Notes: generated by a model from the letters alone, not told the origin. A stretch of DNA of 58,126 nt, filler included, from a bacterium (GCA_040757115.1; 3 parts of 3 records of this genome joined end to end with filler, not necessarily neighbours in it); one strand, 5' to 3'. Shown: positions 1 to 10,090, counted from the whole stretch's first letter. A program made the numbers and translations.

Positions 1-122
1 TGTGGAAAACAACAAATTTCCATAAATTTCTATTAGTTTCTATTAATTTCAATTTTTTTAATAATATCTCCCTATCTCCTTAATCTCCACATCTCCTTTT
101 GTTACACCACCTGAACGCTTAC
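1..122 (-). mobile_element. MITE A, partial copy at contig edge (IS66-like end)
   Basis: Reverse complement of the first 122 nt of the full copy at 4037-4273; ends CCTGAACGCTTAC. Confidence 0.9.
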
Positions 123-257
123 AAAAACCACTAAGGCACTATAAAAACATCAAGAAACTTTAAGGAAATAACTATAGAAATACAATAATAAAAAATTAAT
201 TTTAATCCTGTTCATCTGCGAAAATCTGCGTCCCATAACCTATTTTCAGGGGAAAAA

Positions 258-1313
258 ATGATTTTAGCGATTGATAAGATTTATAAGGTAAATTTAGGAG
301 TAAAAAAGAAGGAGAGAATTTTAGTCTTTACGGATGGGTTACAAGAATTGGAAGAATGTGCCAGACTGGTTAGTGAGCGTGGGAAATTTCTTGGATTTGA
401 TGTTTCGTTTTTAGTTTTTGAACCAACTGGTGGACATGGAATTGAGCCGCCAATTGAAGTCTGGGAAACCGCATTTGGTAAAAACATTGTCAACCACTTA
501 AAAAAAGAAAGATTACTTGAGAAATTATTAAAAAAAGAGGTTTTGCCAGAGGATTGGCATTTCCCTCAACAAATAGTTGCAGATAAAAAAGGCGAGGTCG
601 TAGATGTCATCATTGCCTTATCCTACTATTCGACTTCACATACGAATTTTAGAAAATTACTAACCCTCAATGCCGGCACTCGATATGCCAGCCTACCTCT
701 TTTTAACCCGGATATGTTTTTAGGAGCAATGGATGTAAATTGGAAAGAAGTGGAGAAAACTACACTCGCATTAAAAGAAATAATTTCTACGGCGATTATG
801 GCTGAAATCTCTGCTCCTAACGGGACATCATTAAAACTTAATTTAGAAGGAAGACAGCCGTTTGCCGATACAGGAATATTGACTAAAAAAGGCTCTTTTG
901 GTAATTTGCCGGCGGGTGAGGTTTTTATCGCTCCTGTTGAGGGAAAAACAGAAGGTAAATTGGTTGCTGAAGGGATTGTTTTTGAGATAAAAAATGGTCA
1001 GGTAGAGAAATTTTACGGAGAGAAAAAAACGAGATTTGAGGAAATTTTCAGTAAAAATGAATTGAATAGAAATATCGCTGAGTTAGGCATTGGCACCAAC
1101 CCAAAGGCAAAAGACCCAACCAATGTTTTGGAGGCTGAAAAAATCTCAGGCACAGTCCATATTGCCCTGGGTGATAATAGTGGTTTTGGAGGTAAAATCT
1201 CTACACCATTTCATGAAGATTTTGTGGTATTTTCTCCAACGCTAAATTTAGTCTCAAAACAGGATAAAATTACAACGATTTTAGCCAATGGTAAATATTT
1301 ACCCTTGACATAA
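258..1313 (+). CDS. Aminopeptidase, M29 (thermophilic metalloprotease) family
   Basis: Motifs NLPAGEVFIAP, NIAELGIGTNP, EAEKISGTVHIALG. Confidence 0.8.
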   Translation: MILAIDKIYKVNLGVKKKERILVFTDGLQELEECARLVSERGKFLGFDVSFLVFEPTGGHGIEPPIEVWETAFGKNIVNHLKKERLLEKLLKKEVLPEDWHFPQQIVADKKGEVVDVIIALSYYSTSHTNFRKLLTLNAGTRYASLPLFNPDMFLGAMDVNWKEVEKTTLALKEIISTAIMAEISAPNGTSLKLNLEGRQPFADTGILTKKGSFGNLPAGEVFIAPVEGKTEGKLVAEGIVFEIKNGQVEKFYGEKKTRFEEIFSKNELNRNIAELGIGTNPKAKDPTNVLEAEKISGTVHIALGDNSGFGGKISTPFHEDFVVFSPTLNLVSKQDKITTILANGKYLPLT

Positions 1314-1333
1314 TGAAAATATGCGTGTATAAT
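1305..1333 (+). promoter_or_regulatory. sigma70 promoter for dnaG
   Basis: TTGACA-17 nt-TATAAT, perfect consensus. Confidence 0.8.
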
Positions 1334-1343
1334 ATATACAGAA

Positions 1344-1483
1344 GACAGCGAAGAGTGATAATTCACAATTCACAATTGACAATTCACCATTCACCATTTT
1401 AAGGAGAGTTAAGGAAGAAATTGTGAATAGTGAATTGTGAATGAAAGTTAAGGATGCGAATTGTGAATGAATGTAACATTGTC
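1344..1483. repeat. Inverted heptamer-array element B in the dnaG 5' leader
   Basis: (AATTCAC)n followed by (GTGAATT)n; near-identical segment at 29934-30025; boundaries approximate. Confidence 0.7.
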
Positions 1484-1531
1484 CAGTAAAACTTATGGGT
1501 AAAGATAAGGATATAACTGGGGGGATGTAGC

Positions 1532-3265
1532 TTGGCTGGATTTATTCCAGATGAAATAATTGAAGAAGTTAGAAATCGAACTGATTTGGTTGATGTCATT
1601 TCTGATTATGTACTTTTGAAGAAAAGTGGCGAAAATTATAAGGGATTGTGCCCTTTTCATAGTGAAAAGACGCCATCTTTTACCGTCAATCCTCGTAAAG
1701 GAATATTCCATTGCTTTGGCTGTGGTGTAGGAGGAAATATTTATTCCTTTCTAATGAAGATGGAGAAGATGGAATTTGTCGATGCCGTTAAACATTTAGC
1801 CGCTCGATGTGGTGTGGCAATACCACAATTTCAACCTTCTAAACAAATTCAAGAAATAGATACCCTGTATAAAATTAATGAGTTAGCCTCTAAATTCTAT
1901 GAACAACTTTTATGGTTACCAGAAGGGCAAAGGGCTTTAGATTATTTAAAAAAAAGGAAACTGACTCCACAGACAATAAAGAAATTTAAGTTAGGATATG
2001 CACCTGATTCCTGGGATAGACTATTGAATACCTTAAAAGGTTATCCACAAGACAAGATTTGTCAGGTAGGGTTAATATTACCCCGCGAAGGAGGAGGATA
2101 TTACGATAGATTTAGAAATAGAATTACATTTCCCATTATAAATTCCTTTAATAAAATAGTTGGTTTTGGGGCACGGGTTTTAGATGATTCCTTACCTAAA
2201 TATGTCAATTCGCCAGAATCACCTATTTATTATAAAAGTAAGATATTATATGGGTTAAATTTTGCAAAAGAACCTATTCGCAAAGCGAATGCGGCAATTA
2301 TTGTTGAAGGATATATGGATGCCATTTTGTTATCCCAGGCAGGATTTGAGAATGTAGTGGCAGTGGCAGGAACAGCTTTTACTCAAGACCAGGTTGGATT
2401 ATTAAAAAAATTTGGTGAGAAAGCATTTGTGTTATTTGACCCGGATATCGCTGGCATTCAAGCAACATTACGCGGGTTAGATTTATTAATCGAACAGGAA
2501 ATAGAGGTAAAGGTAATTTCTTTACCGCCAAAATTAGACCCCGCAGATTTTATCAGCCAGTTTAGCACACAAGAATTCTCAAAATGCCTCCAAAACGCTG
2601 AGAATTTGTTAGATTATCAATTTAAACAACATATTGCCACTGCGGATATTAATATTGCGGCATCTAAAATAAAGGCTTTAGAAAATATTCTACCAACTAT
2701 TTCAAAAATAACTAATCTCATTCAAAAACGAGATTTTATCAAAAAAGTTGCTGAAGGACTTAGAATAGATGAAGAAATAATCTTATCTGAACTTAAAAAA
2801 GGACAGAAAAAAGCACCTGTCTCAACTTCAGAATATATTACCAAACAAGAAGAAGGAGTGGTATTAGCCGAAAAAGGGTTAATTAAATCTATGTTAGAAA
2901 ATGAGGTATGGGCTAAACAAATATCCATCGAACTTAATCCTGATGATTTCTCAAATACTCAATGTCAACAGATAATTAAGATAATCGTTGAACTCCTTAA
3001 TCAAAAAAAGGCAATTAGTCCACCGCAAATAATTGATTTAGTAAATGAAAAAGCAAAAGATTTAATTACTTACCTTTTACTTCAAAAAGACTTTGGCGTA
3101 GAAAAAGAAAAACTAATTAATGAATATATTAAAAAGATAAAAGAAAATAATCTAAGAAAAAAGAAACTTGAAATCCAAAAAGCAATTGCCCAATTAAAAG
3201 AAGATAACGAGGAATTGTTACGGCAGTATCAGGAGTTAGATTCTCAGATTAGAAGTTTAAAATAA
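1532..3265 (+). CDS. dnaG: DNA primase
   Basis: CHC2 Zn finger (CPFH..EKTPSF..CFGC), YDRFRNRI, KYVNSPES, Toprim EGYMD / DPDIAG; TTG start. Confidence 0.97.
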   Translation: MAGFIPDEIIEEVRNRTDLVDVISDYVLLKKSGENYKGLCPFHSEKTPSFTVNPRKGIFHCFGCGVGGNIYSFLMKMEKMEFVDAVKHLAARCGVAIPQFQPSKQIQEIDTLYKINELASKFYEQLLWLPEGQRALDYLKKRKLTPQTIKKFKLGYAPDSWDRLLNTLKGYPQDKICQVGLILPREGGGYYDRFRNRITFPIINSFNKIVGFGARVLDDSLPKYVNSPESPIYYKSKILYGLNFAKEPIRKANAAIIVEGYMDAILLSQAGFENVVAVAGTAFTQDQVGLLKKFGEKAFVLFDPDIAGIQATLRGLDLLIEQEIEVKVISLPPKLDPADFISQFSTQEFSKCLQNAENLLDYQFKQHIATADINIAASKIKALENILPTISKITNLIQKRDFIKKVAEGLRIDEEIILSELKKGQKKAPVSTSEYITKQEEGVVLAEKGLIKSMLENEVWAKQISIELNPDDFSNTQCQQIIKIIVELLNQKKAISPPQIIDLVNEKAKDLITYLLLQKDFGVEKEKLINEYIKKIKENNLRKKKLEIQKAIAQLKEDNEELLRQYQELDSQIRSLK

Positions 3266-3298
3266 GGGAAGAAGGGAAGAAGGGGTAAGTTAACAAGT

Positions 3299-3440
3299 TA
3301 TAGCGGTTATTAACTGGAAGTTTACATAGGATAATACCCATAAATAAGGCATGAGAATAATCGTTCCGTTAGGAACATAATATCGGTAGGAATAGATAGA
3401 CAAATCAATCAGTTCCGTAGGAACGATATATTGGTAGAAA
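3299..3440. repeat. Solitary TATAG-type MITE end followed by two REP-like palindromes
   Basis: TATAGCGGTTATTAA at 3299; GTTCCG(T)TAGGAAC at 3363-3376 and 3412-3424, each followed by a similar ..ATAT.GGTAG tail. Confidence 0.55.
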
Positions 3441-3519
3441 TTTGTTAGGCATTTATGATTTTGGAGGAGATAACATTATGTCCATCCGTTGCTTGTTCGC
3501 CAGTGGGGTGAACAGATAA

Positions 3520-3605
3520 TAGGGCTTCACGAAATTATAAAGTAAGTAATCGGTTAAATGGTAACTGGTAACTAATTACCATTCACCAGTTACCAATTAC
3601 CAAAA
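3520..3605. repeat. TAGGGCTTCACGAAATT plus inverted (GGTAACT)n/(TTACCAA)n array
   Basis: Related copy at 21306-21390; both lie directly upstream of a ribosome-binding site. Confidence 0.65.
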
Positions 3606-3620
3606 ATAAGGAGTCTGCTT

Positions 3621-3836
3621 ATGAAACTCAAAGAAAAAATTTATCACGCGATGACAATGATGAAAAGTGATGAATTATGGTTATTGTATGAGCAAATACA
3701 ACTCATTCAACATCTTAAGCAAATTTCACGACCACAAAAAAACCGGATGACGATTGATGATATTTTAACTATGACCAGTTCTTCACACGAATGTTGGTCT
3801 GAGGCGGTAAAAGAAGACCGAATGGAACGGATATGA
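3621..3836 (+). CDS. Small protein, putative antitoxin partner of the PIN toxin
   Basis: 71 aa, RBS AAGGAG, ATGA overlap with the downstream PIN gene. Confidence 0.55.
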   Translation: MKLKEKIYHAMTMMKSDELWLLYEQIQLIQHLKQISRPQKNRMTIDDILTMTSSSHECWSEAVKEDRMERI

Positions 3837-4057
3837 ATTATTATTTCGATACCTCAGCATTAGTAAAGATTTACCATCGTGAAGACGGAACAGACAGAGT
3901 ACTTGTTATCTATAAAGGTGATGAGCCAATTGCAATTTCTGAGTTAAGCCGTATCGAATTCATAGCCACCGTAATGCGAAAATATCGTGAGCAGGCAATT
4001 ACGCTCGACACACTTCAGTCGCTCCTAACAAAATTTGTAAGCGTTCAGGTGGTGTAA
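3833..4057 (+). pseudogene. VapC/PIN-domain toxin, truncated by MITE A
   Basis: YFDTSALVK..E PIN start; last residues (VSVQVV) come from MITE A, which begins at 4037. Confidence 0.8.
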
Positions 4058-4273
4058 CAAAAGGAGATGTGGAGATTAAGGAGATAGGGAGATATTATTA
4101 AAAAAATTGAAATTAATAGAAACTAATAGAAATTTATGGAAATTTGTTGTTTTCCACAATCAATTTCTACCTATTTCTATAAATTTCAATCTATTTCTAT
4201 TATCTTATCTCCATATCACTCTTATCTCCTTATCCCCTTTCTTACACTTTTGATATATAGCCTGAACGGTTAC
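4037..4273 (+). mobile_element. MITE A, full 237-bp copy, IS66-like ends
   Basis: Ends GTAAGCGTTCAGG / CCTGAACGGTTAC (12/13 inverted match); purine-rich left half mirrors pyrimidine-rich right half; five copies in window. Confidence 0.9.
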
Positions 4274-4358
4274 GAAAGTTTTGTAGTATCTCAAAAGGGT
4301 AATCGTGCAGACAAAGTTTAGTGGCAATTCTCCCCGCCGCCGCTGAACTCAGCGTTAA
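4274..4358 (+). other. Probable 3' half of a degenerate attC site
   Basis: Ends CCGCCGCTGAACTCAGCGTTAA, resembling the GCGGCTGAGCTCGGTCGTTAG arm at 40770-40790; related sequence at 8413-8465. Confidence 0.45.
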
Positions 4359-4389
4359 CTTCTTTTCTTTATAAAGGAGGCGATAAGGA

Positions 4390-5958
4390 TTGAAAAAAAA
4401 TCAGTTTGTAGATGAAATTGAGCAGATTATTGAATCAGGTAGGGTAAAAGGAGAATTAACTTATGATGAGATAAATGAGATGCTTCCGGATGATATTAGT
4501 CCAGAACAAATGGAGAATCTTTTTTTTCAATTAGCCGAGCAAGGAATATCTATCGTAGATGAATTTTTGCCTGAAAAGGATGAAGAAGGCAAAAAACTAT
4601 CATTTGAACTTCCAGAAACAGAAGGATTTGTTGAAGACCCGGTGAAGGCTTATTTGCGAGATATAGGGAAAGTAAATTTACTTTCATCAGAAGAAGAAAT
4701 TAAAATGGCGATGAAAATGGAATTAGGATGGGAAAAACTAATAGCGGCGGTTTTAGATAGTAGTATAATTATACAGGAATTACGAAAAATTGCCATTCGA
4801 TTAGATAGGGGAGAAAGAAGAATTAGTGAGAATATTGAAGGTGGAGAGCAAGATGAATTATCTCCAGCAAAAAGAGCCCGTCTGGCAACACAAATTAAAA
4901 ATTTATTGAATAAGATAGATAAAGAAACTGATTTAAAAAGAAAAGAAAGAATTAAAAGTATTTTACAAAAGGCGAATCTTCATCGAAATTTAATTCAAGG
5001 AATTGCAAATAAGATAAAGAAGATAATACAAAATATTTCTGAGATTAAAGGGAAAATAGATGAATATGAAAATAGATTAAAGGATATATCTGATGAGAAA
5101 AAAATTGATGAAATAAAAACCCAGATTAAGAAGTACCATAGAAAACTGAAACAAATTGAAACTGAGATTATGGATGATTCCATTGAAAAATTAGTTGAGA
5201 TTGGTGAAAAGATTAAGGAAGGCGAAAAATTAATAGAAGAGGCTAAAGAAGAAATGGTAAGTGCAAATTTAAGATTAGTCGTGAGTATTGCTAAAAGATA
5301 TATTAATTGGGGATTATCTTTCCTTGATTTAATTCAAGAAGGGAATATGGGATTAATTAAGGCTGTGGAAAAATTTGAATATAAGAAAGGATATAGATTT
5401 TCTACTTATGCTACCTGGTGGATTAGGCAGGCAATTACACGAGCTATTGCCGACCAATCAAGAACTATTCGCATCCCGGTGCATATGGTTGAGCAGATAA
5501 ATAAGGTGGTTAAGGAATCAAGACGATTGATACAGAAATTAGGTCGCGAACCTCTACCAGAAGAAATATCAGAGGGATTAGATTGGCCAGCAAATAAAGT
5601 GCGGGGTATTTTACGAATTGCTCAAGACCCAATTTCTTTAGAAACACCAATTGGAGAGGAATCAGATAGTCATTTAGGTGATTTTATAGAAGATAAATCA
5701 GTTGAATCTCCTGTAATTGCAACTACTTTTGCCTTACTACAAGACCAATTAAGAAAGGTGTTAAAAACACTTTCTCTTCAGGAAGAAAGGGTTCTACGAT
5801 TACGATTTGGGTTAGAAGATGGTTCCCCGCGAACATTAGAAGAAGTCGGAGAAAGGTTTAATGTTACCCGGGAGAGAATTCGGCAGATAGAGGCAAAGGC
5901 ATTACGAAAACTCCGCCACCCAACTCGAAGTAGAAAATTAAAAGATTATTTAGAGTAA
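4390..5958 (+). CDS. rpoD: RNA polymerase primary sigma factor
   Basis: Regions 1.1, 1.2 ([11 protein letters not shown]), 2 ([33 protein letters not shown]) and 4 ([16 protein letters not shown]); follows dnaG. Confidence 0.97.
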   Translation: MKKNQFVDEIEQIIESGRVKGELTYDEINEMLPDDISPEQMENLFFQLAEQGISIVDEFLPEKDEEGKKLSFELPETEGFVEDPVKAYLRDIGKVNLLSSEEEIKMAMKMELGWEKLIAAVLDSSIIIQELRKIAIRLDRGERRISENIEGGEQDELSPAKRARLATQIKNLLNKIDKETDLKRKERIKSILQKANLHRNLIQGIANKIKKIIQNISEIKGKIDEYENRLKDISDEKKIDEIKTQIKKYHRKLKQIETEIMDDSIEKLVEIGEKIKEGEKLIEEAKEEMVSANLRLVVSIAKRYINWGLSFLDLIQEGNMGLIKAVEKFEYKKGYRFSTYATWWIRQAITRAIADQSRTIRIPVHMVEQINKVVKESRRLIQKLGREPLPEEISEGLDWPANKVRGILRIAQDPISLETPIGEESDSHLGDFIEDKSVESPVIATTFALLQDQLRKVLKTLSLQEERVLRLRFGLEDGSPRTLEEVGERFNVTRERIRQIEAKALRKLRHPTRSRKLKDYLE

Positions 5959-5960
5959 AA

Positions 5961-6130
5961 GTAACTATTCAGCCACTGATTAACACGGATTAGCACGGAT
6001 AAATAGCAGAGGGCAGAAGGCAGAGGACAACAGGAGAAAAACCCTTCAGCCTAATTACGGACATGGAAAACGGACACGATTCACGAATTTTCAGTGTTTC
6101 ATCCGTGTCTATCTGTGGCTGAATAATTAC
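5961..6130. mobile_element. IS66-like MITE, 170 bp
   Basis: TIR GTAACTATTCAGCCAC / GTGGCTGAATAATTAC (15/16); first 39 nt identical to the reverse complement of 51515-51553. Confidence 0.8.
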
Positions 6131-6131
6131 A

Positions 6132-6268
6132 CAGCAATTCTCGGTGAATTTTTAGAGACTGAATTCATCTATGTTGAGGAGAGATAGAGAAAAAAATTTT
6201 TCGTAAAGATTTTGAGAGGAAAATAAGGAATAATGAGTCTCTATCTAATTTTTCACCGAGAATTTCTG
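6132..6268. mobile_element. MITE with CAG ends (IS4-like by inference), inserted at the end of the previous element
   Basis: TIR CAGCAATTCTCGGTGAA / TTCACCGAGAATTTCTG (16/17); flanks AATAATTACA / GATAATTACA. Confidence 0.7.
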
Positions 6269-6286
6269 GATAATTACAGAAATTAT

Positions 6287-6315
6287 TTGACAAAAATAAC
6301 TATGTATCGTATAAT
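6287..6315 (+). promoter_or_regulatory. sigma70 promoter for the tRNA pair
   Basis: TTGACA-17 nt-TATAAT. Confidence 0.8.
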
Positions 6316-6317
6316 TA

Positions 6318-6462
6318 TATAGTAACTATTAACCAAAAGTTCACATTAGTATTGTTGATAGTTGATGGTTGATAGTCTATGAAACTATAAACTATAAACT
6401 ATCAACCATCAACCCTGTTGCTATATCTGTTCTATGAGAAATTTTCGTTAATAACTACTATA
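6318..6462 (+). mobile_element. MITE D, 145 bp, TATAG ends (IS630/Correia-like)
   Basis: TATAGTAACTATTAAC ... GTTAATAACTACTATA; near-identical inverted copy at 8664-8808. Confidence 0.85.
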
Positions 6463-6467
6463 GATGT

Positions 6468-6543
6468 GGGCCCATAGCTCAGCGGTTAGAGCTCCGGACT
6501 CATAATCCGGGAGTCCAAGGTTCGAATCCTTGTGGGCCCACCA
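6468..6543 (+). tRNA. tRNA with CAT anticodon, most likely tRNA-Ile2 (lysidine)
   Basis: Cloverleaf GGGCCCA acceptor stem, CTCATAA loop, GTTCGAATC, CCA end; Ile2 rather than Met inferred from sequence style and position after rpoD. Confidence 0.85.
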
Positions 6544-6563
6544 TTTACCAATTCCCAAAGATT

Positions 6564-6639
6564 GGGCGGTTAGCTCAATTGGGAGAGCGCATGCGTCACA
6601 TGCATGAGGTCACAGGTTCAACCCCTGTACCGCCCACCA
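6564..6639 (+). tRNA. tRNA-Val(CAC)
   Basis: CATGC-GTCACAT-GCATG anticodon arm, GGTTCAA T-loop, CCA end. Confidence 0.9.
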
Positions 6640-6664
6640 GTTACCAATATTTAGGAGATAGAGA

Positions 6665-7369
6665 ATGAATGAGCAGATACAACTTTTAGTCAGCCTCCAA
6701 AATAAAGATACCGCTATTTTTGAATTAAATCAAATAATTAAAAATTTACCCACGAAGGTAGAACAATGGAAACAATCCTACCATGCCAGACAAAATGAAT
6801 TGAATCAAAAAAGAAAAGATAAAGAAAATGTAGAAAAAGAACTAAGAACCAAAGAAAGAAGATTACAAACCATAGAAGATGAATTGAAAAAATTTAGAGC
6901 AAGAATATACGAGGTAAAAACACAAAAAGAAATGGTTTCTTTAGATAGTGAGATAGAAAAAGCAGAGGAAGAAAAAGGTATAGTGGAGGAAGATATTCTC
7001 AAACTGTTTGATGCAAATGATAATTTAGCTAATAAAATTAGTTCTTTAACCATTGAATTAGAAAAGGAATTAGTTGAACTTAAAAAGGAAGAGCAAGAAA
7101 CTAATCGACAAATTGAATTAAATACCAATAAATTAAACTCTGTGACTAAAGATAGAGATGAGATATCTGAAAAGATAGCAAAAGAGACATTAGCACTTTA
7201 TGAAAAAATTCGGGCACATAAAAATAATTTAGCTGTAGTTCAGGTTAAAGATAATGCCTGCCAGGGATGTTTTATAAAACTGCCTCCACAGGTAATCAAT
7301 GAAGTAAAATCTGGTTCACATCTTGTTAGATGTGAAGGTTGTGTGAGAATCCTTTATTGGAAAGAATAA
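6665..7369 (+). CDS. Coiled-coil protein with C-terminal C4 zinc ribbon (DUF164-like)
   Basis: Long coiled coil, then CQGC..LPPQ..CEGC.RILY. Confidence 0.85.
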   Translation: MNEQIQLLVSLQNKDTAIFELNQIIKNLPTKVEQWKQSYHARQNELNQKRKDKENVEKELRTKERRLQTIEDELKKFRARIYEVKTQKEMVSLDSEIEKAEEEKGIVEEDILKLFDANDNLANKISSLTIELEKELVELKKEEQETNRQIELNTNKLNSVTKDRDEISEKIAKETLALYEKIRAHKNNLAVVQVKDNACQGCFIKLPPQVINEVKSGSHLVRCEGCVRILYWKE

Positions 7370-7439
7370 CAGAAAGTTTAGTTGATAAATTGGTAAGTCA
7401 ATTTATAATGAAGGAATGGCGTAATGGAGGTAAAATAGG

Positions 7440-8159
7440 ATGAAAAAAGAAAAGACAACTCCAGTTCCAGAATTGGTGGAAAGATTAAAGTCTTTTCATC
7501 AAGAAGCAGTGAATTATACTGAAGAATTAAAAAAAACTCATTCATTACACGAAAGTGAGCAGGAACACCTAAAAAAGTCATATCAGGATTTTGAAAAGAT
7601 TTATATCAATACTATTTGTACCTTAGCGGATGCTATTGATGCCAGGAGTAACTATACAAGAGGACATTCTTCAAGGGTAAGACATTATGTTGAAATGATG
7701 GGTAAAAAGTTAAATTTACCAGAAGATGAATTAAAAACACTTGGTATCGCCGCAACTTTACATGATATTGGTAGAATGGGAATTGATAATACTATCTGGG
7801 AGAAACCTGGTGGATTGACTAATGAAGAATATGAAGTGGTGAAACGCTATCCAGCTGAAAGTGCAGATGTCTTAGCCTCTGTTTCCTTTTTGGAGTTTGT
7901 TGCAAAAATAGTTCGGCATCATCGCGAAAATTATGATGGCACAGGTTATCCAGATAAACTTAAAGGAGAAGAAATACCACTTGGGGCTCGAATATTATCC
8001 GTTGCTGATGCCTTTGATGCAATGACATCAGAGCGTCCTTATCGTGAGCGAATTGACCCTGAAGTAGCCATAGATGAACTTAAAAATAAAGCAGGAACCC
8101 AGTTTGACCCAAAGGTGGTTGAAACCTTTATCTCTATCTGGGAACAGATGTATAGCTAA
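7440..8159 (+). CDS. HD-GYP domain protein with degenerate metal ligands
   Basis: YTRGHS.RV, LHDIGR, HHRENYDGTGYP, VADAFDAMTSERPYR, GTQFDP. Confidence 0.9.
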   Translation: MKKEKTTPVPELVERLKSFHQEAVNYTEELKKTHSLHESEQEHLKKSYQDFEKIYINTICTLADAIDARSNYTRGHSSRVRHYVEMMGKKLNLPEDELKTLGIAATLHDIGRMGIDNTIWEKPGGLTNEEYEVVKRYPAESADVLASVSFLEFVAKIVRHHRENYDGTGYPDKLKGEEIPLGARILSVADAFDAMTSERPYRERIDPEVAIDELKNKAGTQFDPKVVETFISIWEQMYS

Positions 8160-8220
8160 ATAAGAAATAGCAGAAGCATATAGCAGAATCTAAGCTCGAC
8201 TGGACGAATTAGGGTCACTC

Positions 8221-8412
8221 GTAACTGTTCACCGCACAGACGCAGAGAAAAAAATTAAAATCTATGGACGCTGGCTTGCCTGCTGAACATTCAGCAAGCA
8301 GGTCATAAGTATTTCTATGTCTGCATCAATAATCTTTTATGTTATCTGATTTATTTCCATATCTTCTCTGTTCCTCTGCGTCTCTGCGGTAAAGGACTAC
8401 CTGAACGGTTAC
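8221..8412. mobile_element. IS66-like MITE, 192 bp
   Basis: Ends GTAACTGTTCA / TGAACGGTTAC; internal CGCACAGACGCAGAG mirrored by CTCTGCGTCTCTGCG. Confidence 0.75.
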
Positions 8413-8495
8413 ATAGAGTTTAGTGGCAATCCTCGCCGCCGCTGCTGAATTCTATCGGTGGACGCATGACTGATAACCGATTACCTTCCTATATT

Positions 8496-8582
8496 GCCGA
8501 AGTGGTGAAATTGGCAGACACGCCAGGTTCAGGGTCTGGTGGAGGTAACTCTGTGGGGGTTCGAATCCCCCCTTCGGCACCA
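8496..8582 (+). tRNA. tRNA-Leu(CAG)
   Basis: GCCGAAG stem, TTCAGGG anticodon loop, long variable arm, CCA end. Confidence 0.92.
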
Positions 8583-8663
8583 AAAATTTTAGCCTACTTC
8601 TAACAGAATAGACCGTGATAAATTATTTGAATAAAATTTAAACATTCACCTCATCCCGGCAGT

Positions 8664-8808
8664 TATAGTAGTTATTAACGAAAATTTCTCATAGAACAGA
8701 TATAGCAACAGGGTTGATGGTTGATAGTTTATAGTTGATAGTTTCATAGACTATCAACCATCAACTATCAACAATACTAATGTGAACTTTTGGTTAATAC
8801 TTACTATA
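8664..8808 (-). mobile_element. MITE D, second copy (inverted)
   Basis: Reverse complement of 6318-6462 with few substitutions. Confidence 0.85.
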
Positions 8809-8847
8809 CGATGTGTCTGGGGTATTCTACACATATAAAAAAACTTC

Positions 8848-8876
8848 TTGCAAGATTTAAAATATTGTGCTATAAT
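8848..8876 (+). promoter_or_regulatory. sigma70 promoter for porAB
   Basis: TTGCAA-17 nt-TATAAT with extended -10 TG. Confidence 0.6.
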
Positions 8877-8920
8877 TAAACTGAAAAAACATAAAAGAGA
8901 AAAAAGGAGGAAGAAAGAAG

Positions 8921-10090
8921 ATGCGAGTAACAAAAACAGGTAACGAGGCAATGGCAGAGGCAATGCGTCAAATTAATCCAGATGTTGTCGCCGCATATCC
9001 AATTACACCCGCTACAGAAATAGTGCAGATATTTGCAAATTTTGTTGCGGATGGTCTGGTAGATACAGAATTTATTGCGGTTGAGAGTGAACATTCGGCA
9101 ATGAGTGCTTGTATTGGTGCCTGTGCCGTTGGAGCACGAACAATGACTTCCACAGCCTCACAAGGACTGGCATTAATGTGGGAAATGCTTTATATTGCCT
9201 CAGGATTAAGATTACCAATTGTTTTAGCCGAAGTAAATAGGTCACTTAGTAGCCCAATCAATATTCATTGTGACCATTCAGATACTATGGGTGCTCGGGA
9301 CGCGGGTTGGATTCAAATTTTTTGTGAAAATGCTCAAGAAGCCTATGATAGTCTTATCCAGGCCGTTCGGATTGCCGAAGAATCTCTATTACCAATAATG
9401 GTAACTACTGACGGATTTATTATCAGCCACGGGATGGAAACTATGGAATTGATTGAAGATAAAGAAGTAAAAACTTTTATTGGAGAGTATAAACCAAAAT
9501 ATACCGTCCTGGATATTGATAATCCGATAACTATGGGTGCGATAGACTTTACCGATTACTACTTTGAACATAAAAGACAAACCATTGAGGCGATGAGAAA
9601 CTCAAAAGAAATAATTGCTAAGGTTAATCAAGAATTTGGGGCAAAATTTGGCAGACACTACGAATTCTTTGAAGAATATAAATTGGAAGATGCAGATATA
9701 GCTATTGTTGTTTTGGGTTCTACGGCAGGAACTTCAAAGGTGGTGATAGATGAATTACGCCAGAAAGGAATAAAGGCGGGTTTATTAAAACTACGCGTAT
9801 TCAGACCATTTCCTGTTCAAGAAATAGCCCAGATTTTATCCAGAATACCTTGTGTGGCAGTGATGGACCGTTCCGACTCATTAAATGCCTCTGGAGGTCC
9901 TGTTTGGACTGAAATCCGCTCCGCTCTTTATGACTTCAATACCAGACCTAAAATGATTAATTACATTTATGGATTAGGTGGAAGAAACATTGGGTTAGAA
10001 ATGCTCAGGTCGGTATTTGAAGACCTGAAAAATATCCTGAAGACAGATAAAATCGATAAGCAAATTCGGTATTTGGGAGTGAGGGAATAG
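8921..10090 (+). CDS. porA: Pyruvate:ferredoxin oxidoreductase alpha subunit
   Basis: TGNEA, AYPITP, VESEHSAMS, TASQGL, NIHCDHSD, YGLGGR. Confidence 0.9.
   Translation: MRVTKTGNEAMAEAMRQINPDVVAAYPITPATEIVQIFANFVADGLVDTEFIAVESEHSAMSACIGACAVGARTMTSTASQGLALMWEMLYIASGLRLPIVLAEVNRSLSSPINIHCDHSDTMGARDAGWIQIFCENAQEAYDSLIQAVRIAEESLLPIMVTTDGFIISHGMETMELIEDKEVKTFIGEYKPKYTVLDIDNPITMGAIDFTDYYFEHKRQTIEAMRNSKEIIAKVNQEFGAKFGRHYEFFEEYKLEDADIAIVVLGSTAGTSKVVIDELRQKGIKAGLLKLRVFRPFPVQEIAQILSRIPCVAVMDRSDSLNASGGPVWTEIRSALYDFNTRPKMINYIYGLGGRNIGLEMLRSVFEDLKNILKTDKIDKQIRYLGVRE

Noticed and set aside
1344-1483. Short tandem arrays as CRISPR arrays or iterons
   Set aside because: Units are 7-10 nt, contiguous, lack unique spacers and are arranged as inverted pairs
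4136-4321. ORFs within repeat elements (also 1399-1599, 8754-8963, 13423-13909, 27826-28008, 28253-28483)
   Set aside because: Low-complexity translations of MITE sequence with no family motifs
6564-6639. tRNAs as integration sites
   Set aside because: No duplicated tRNA 3' end or integrase seen in the window
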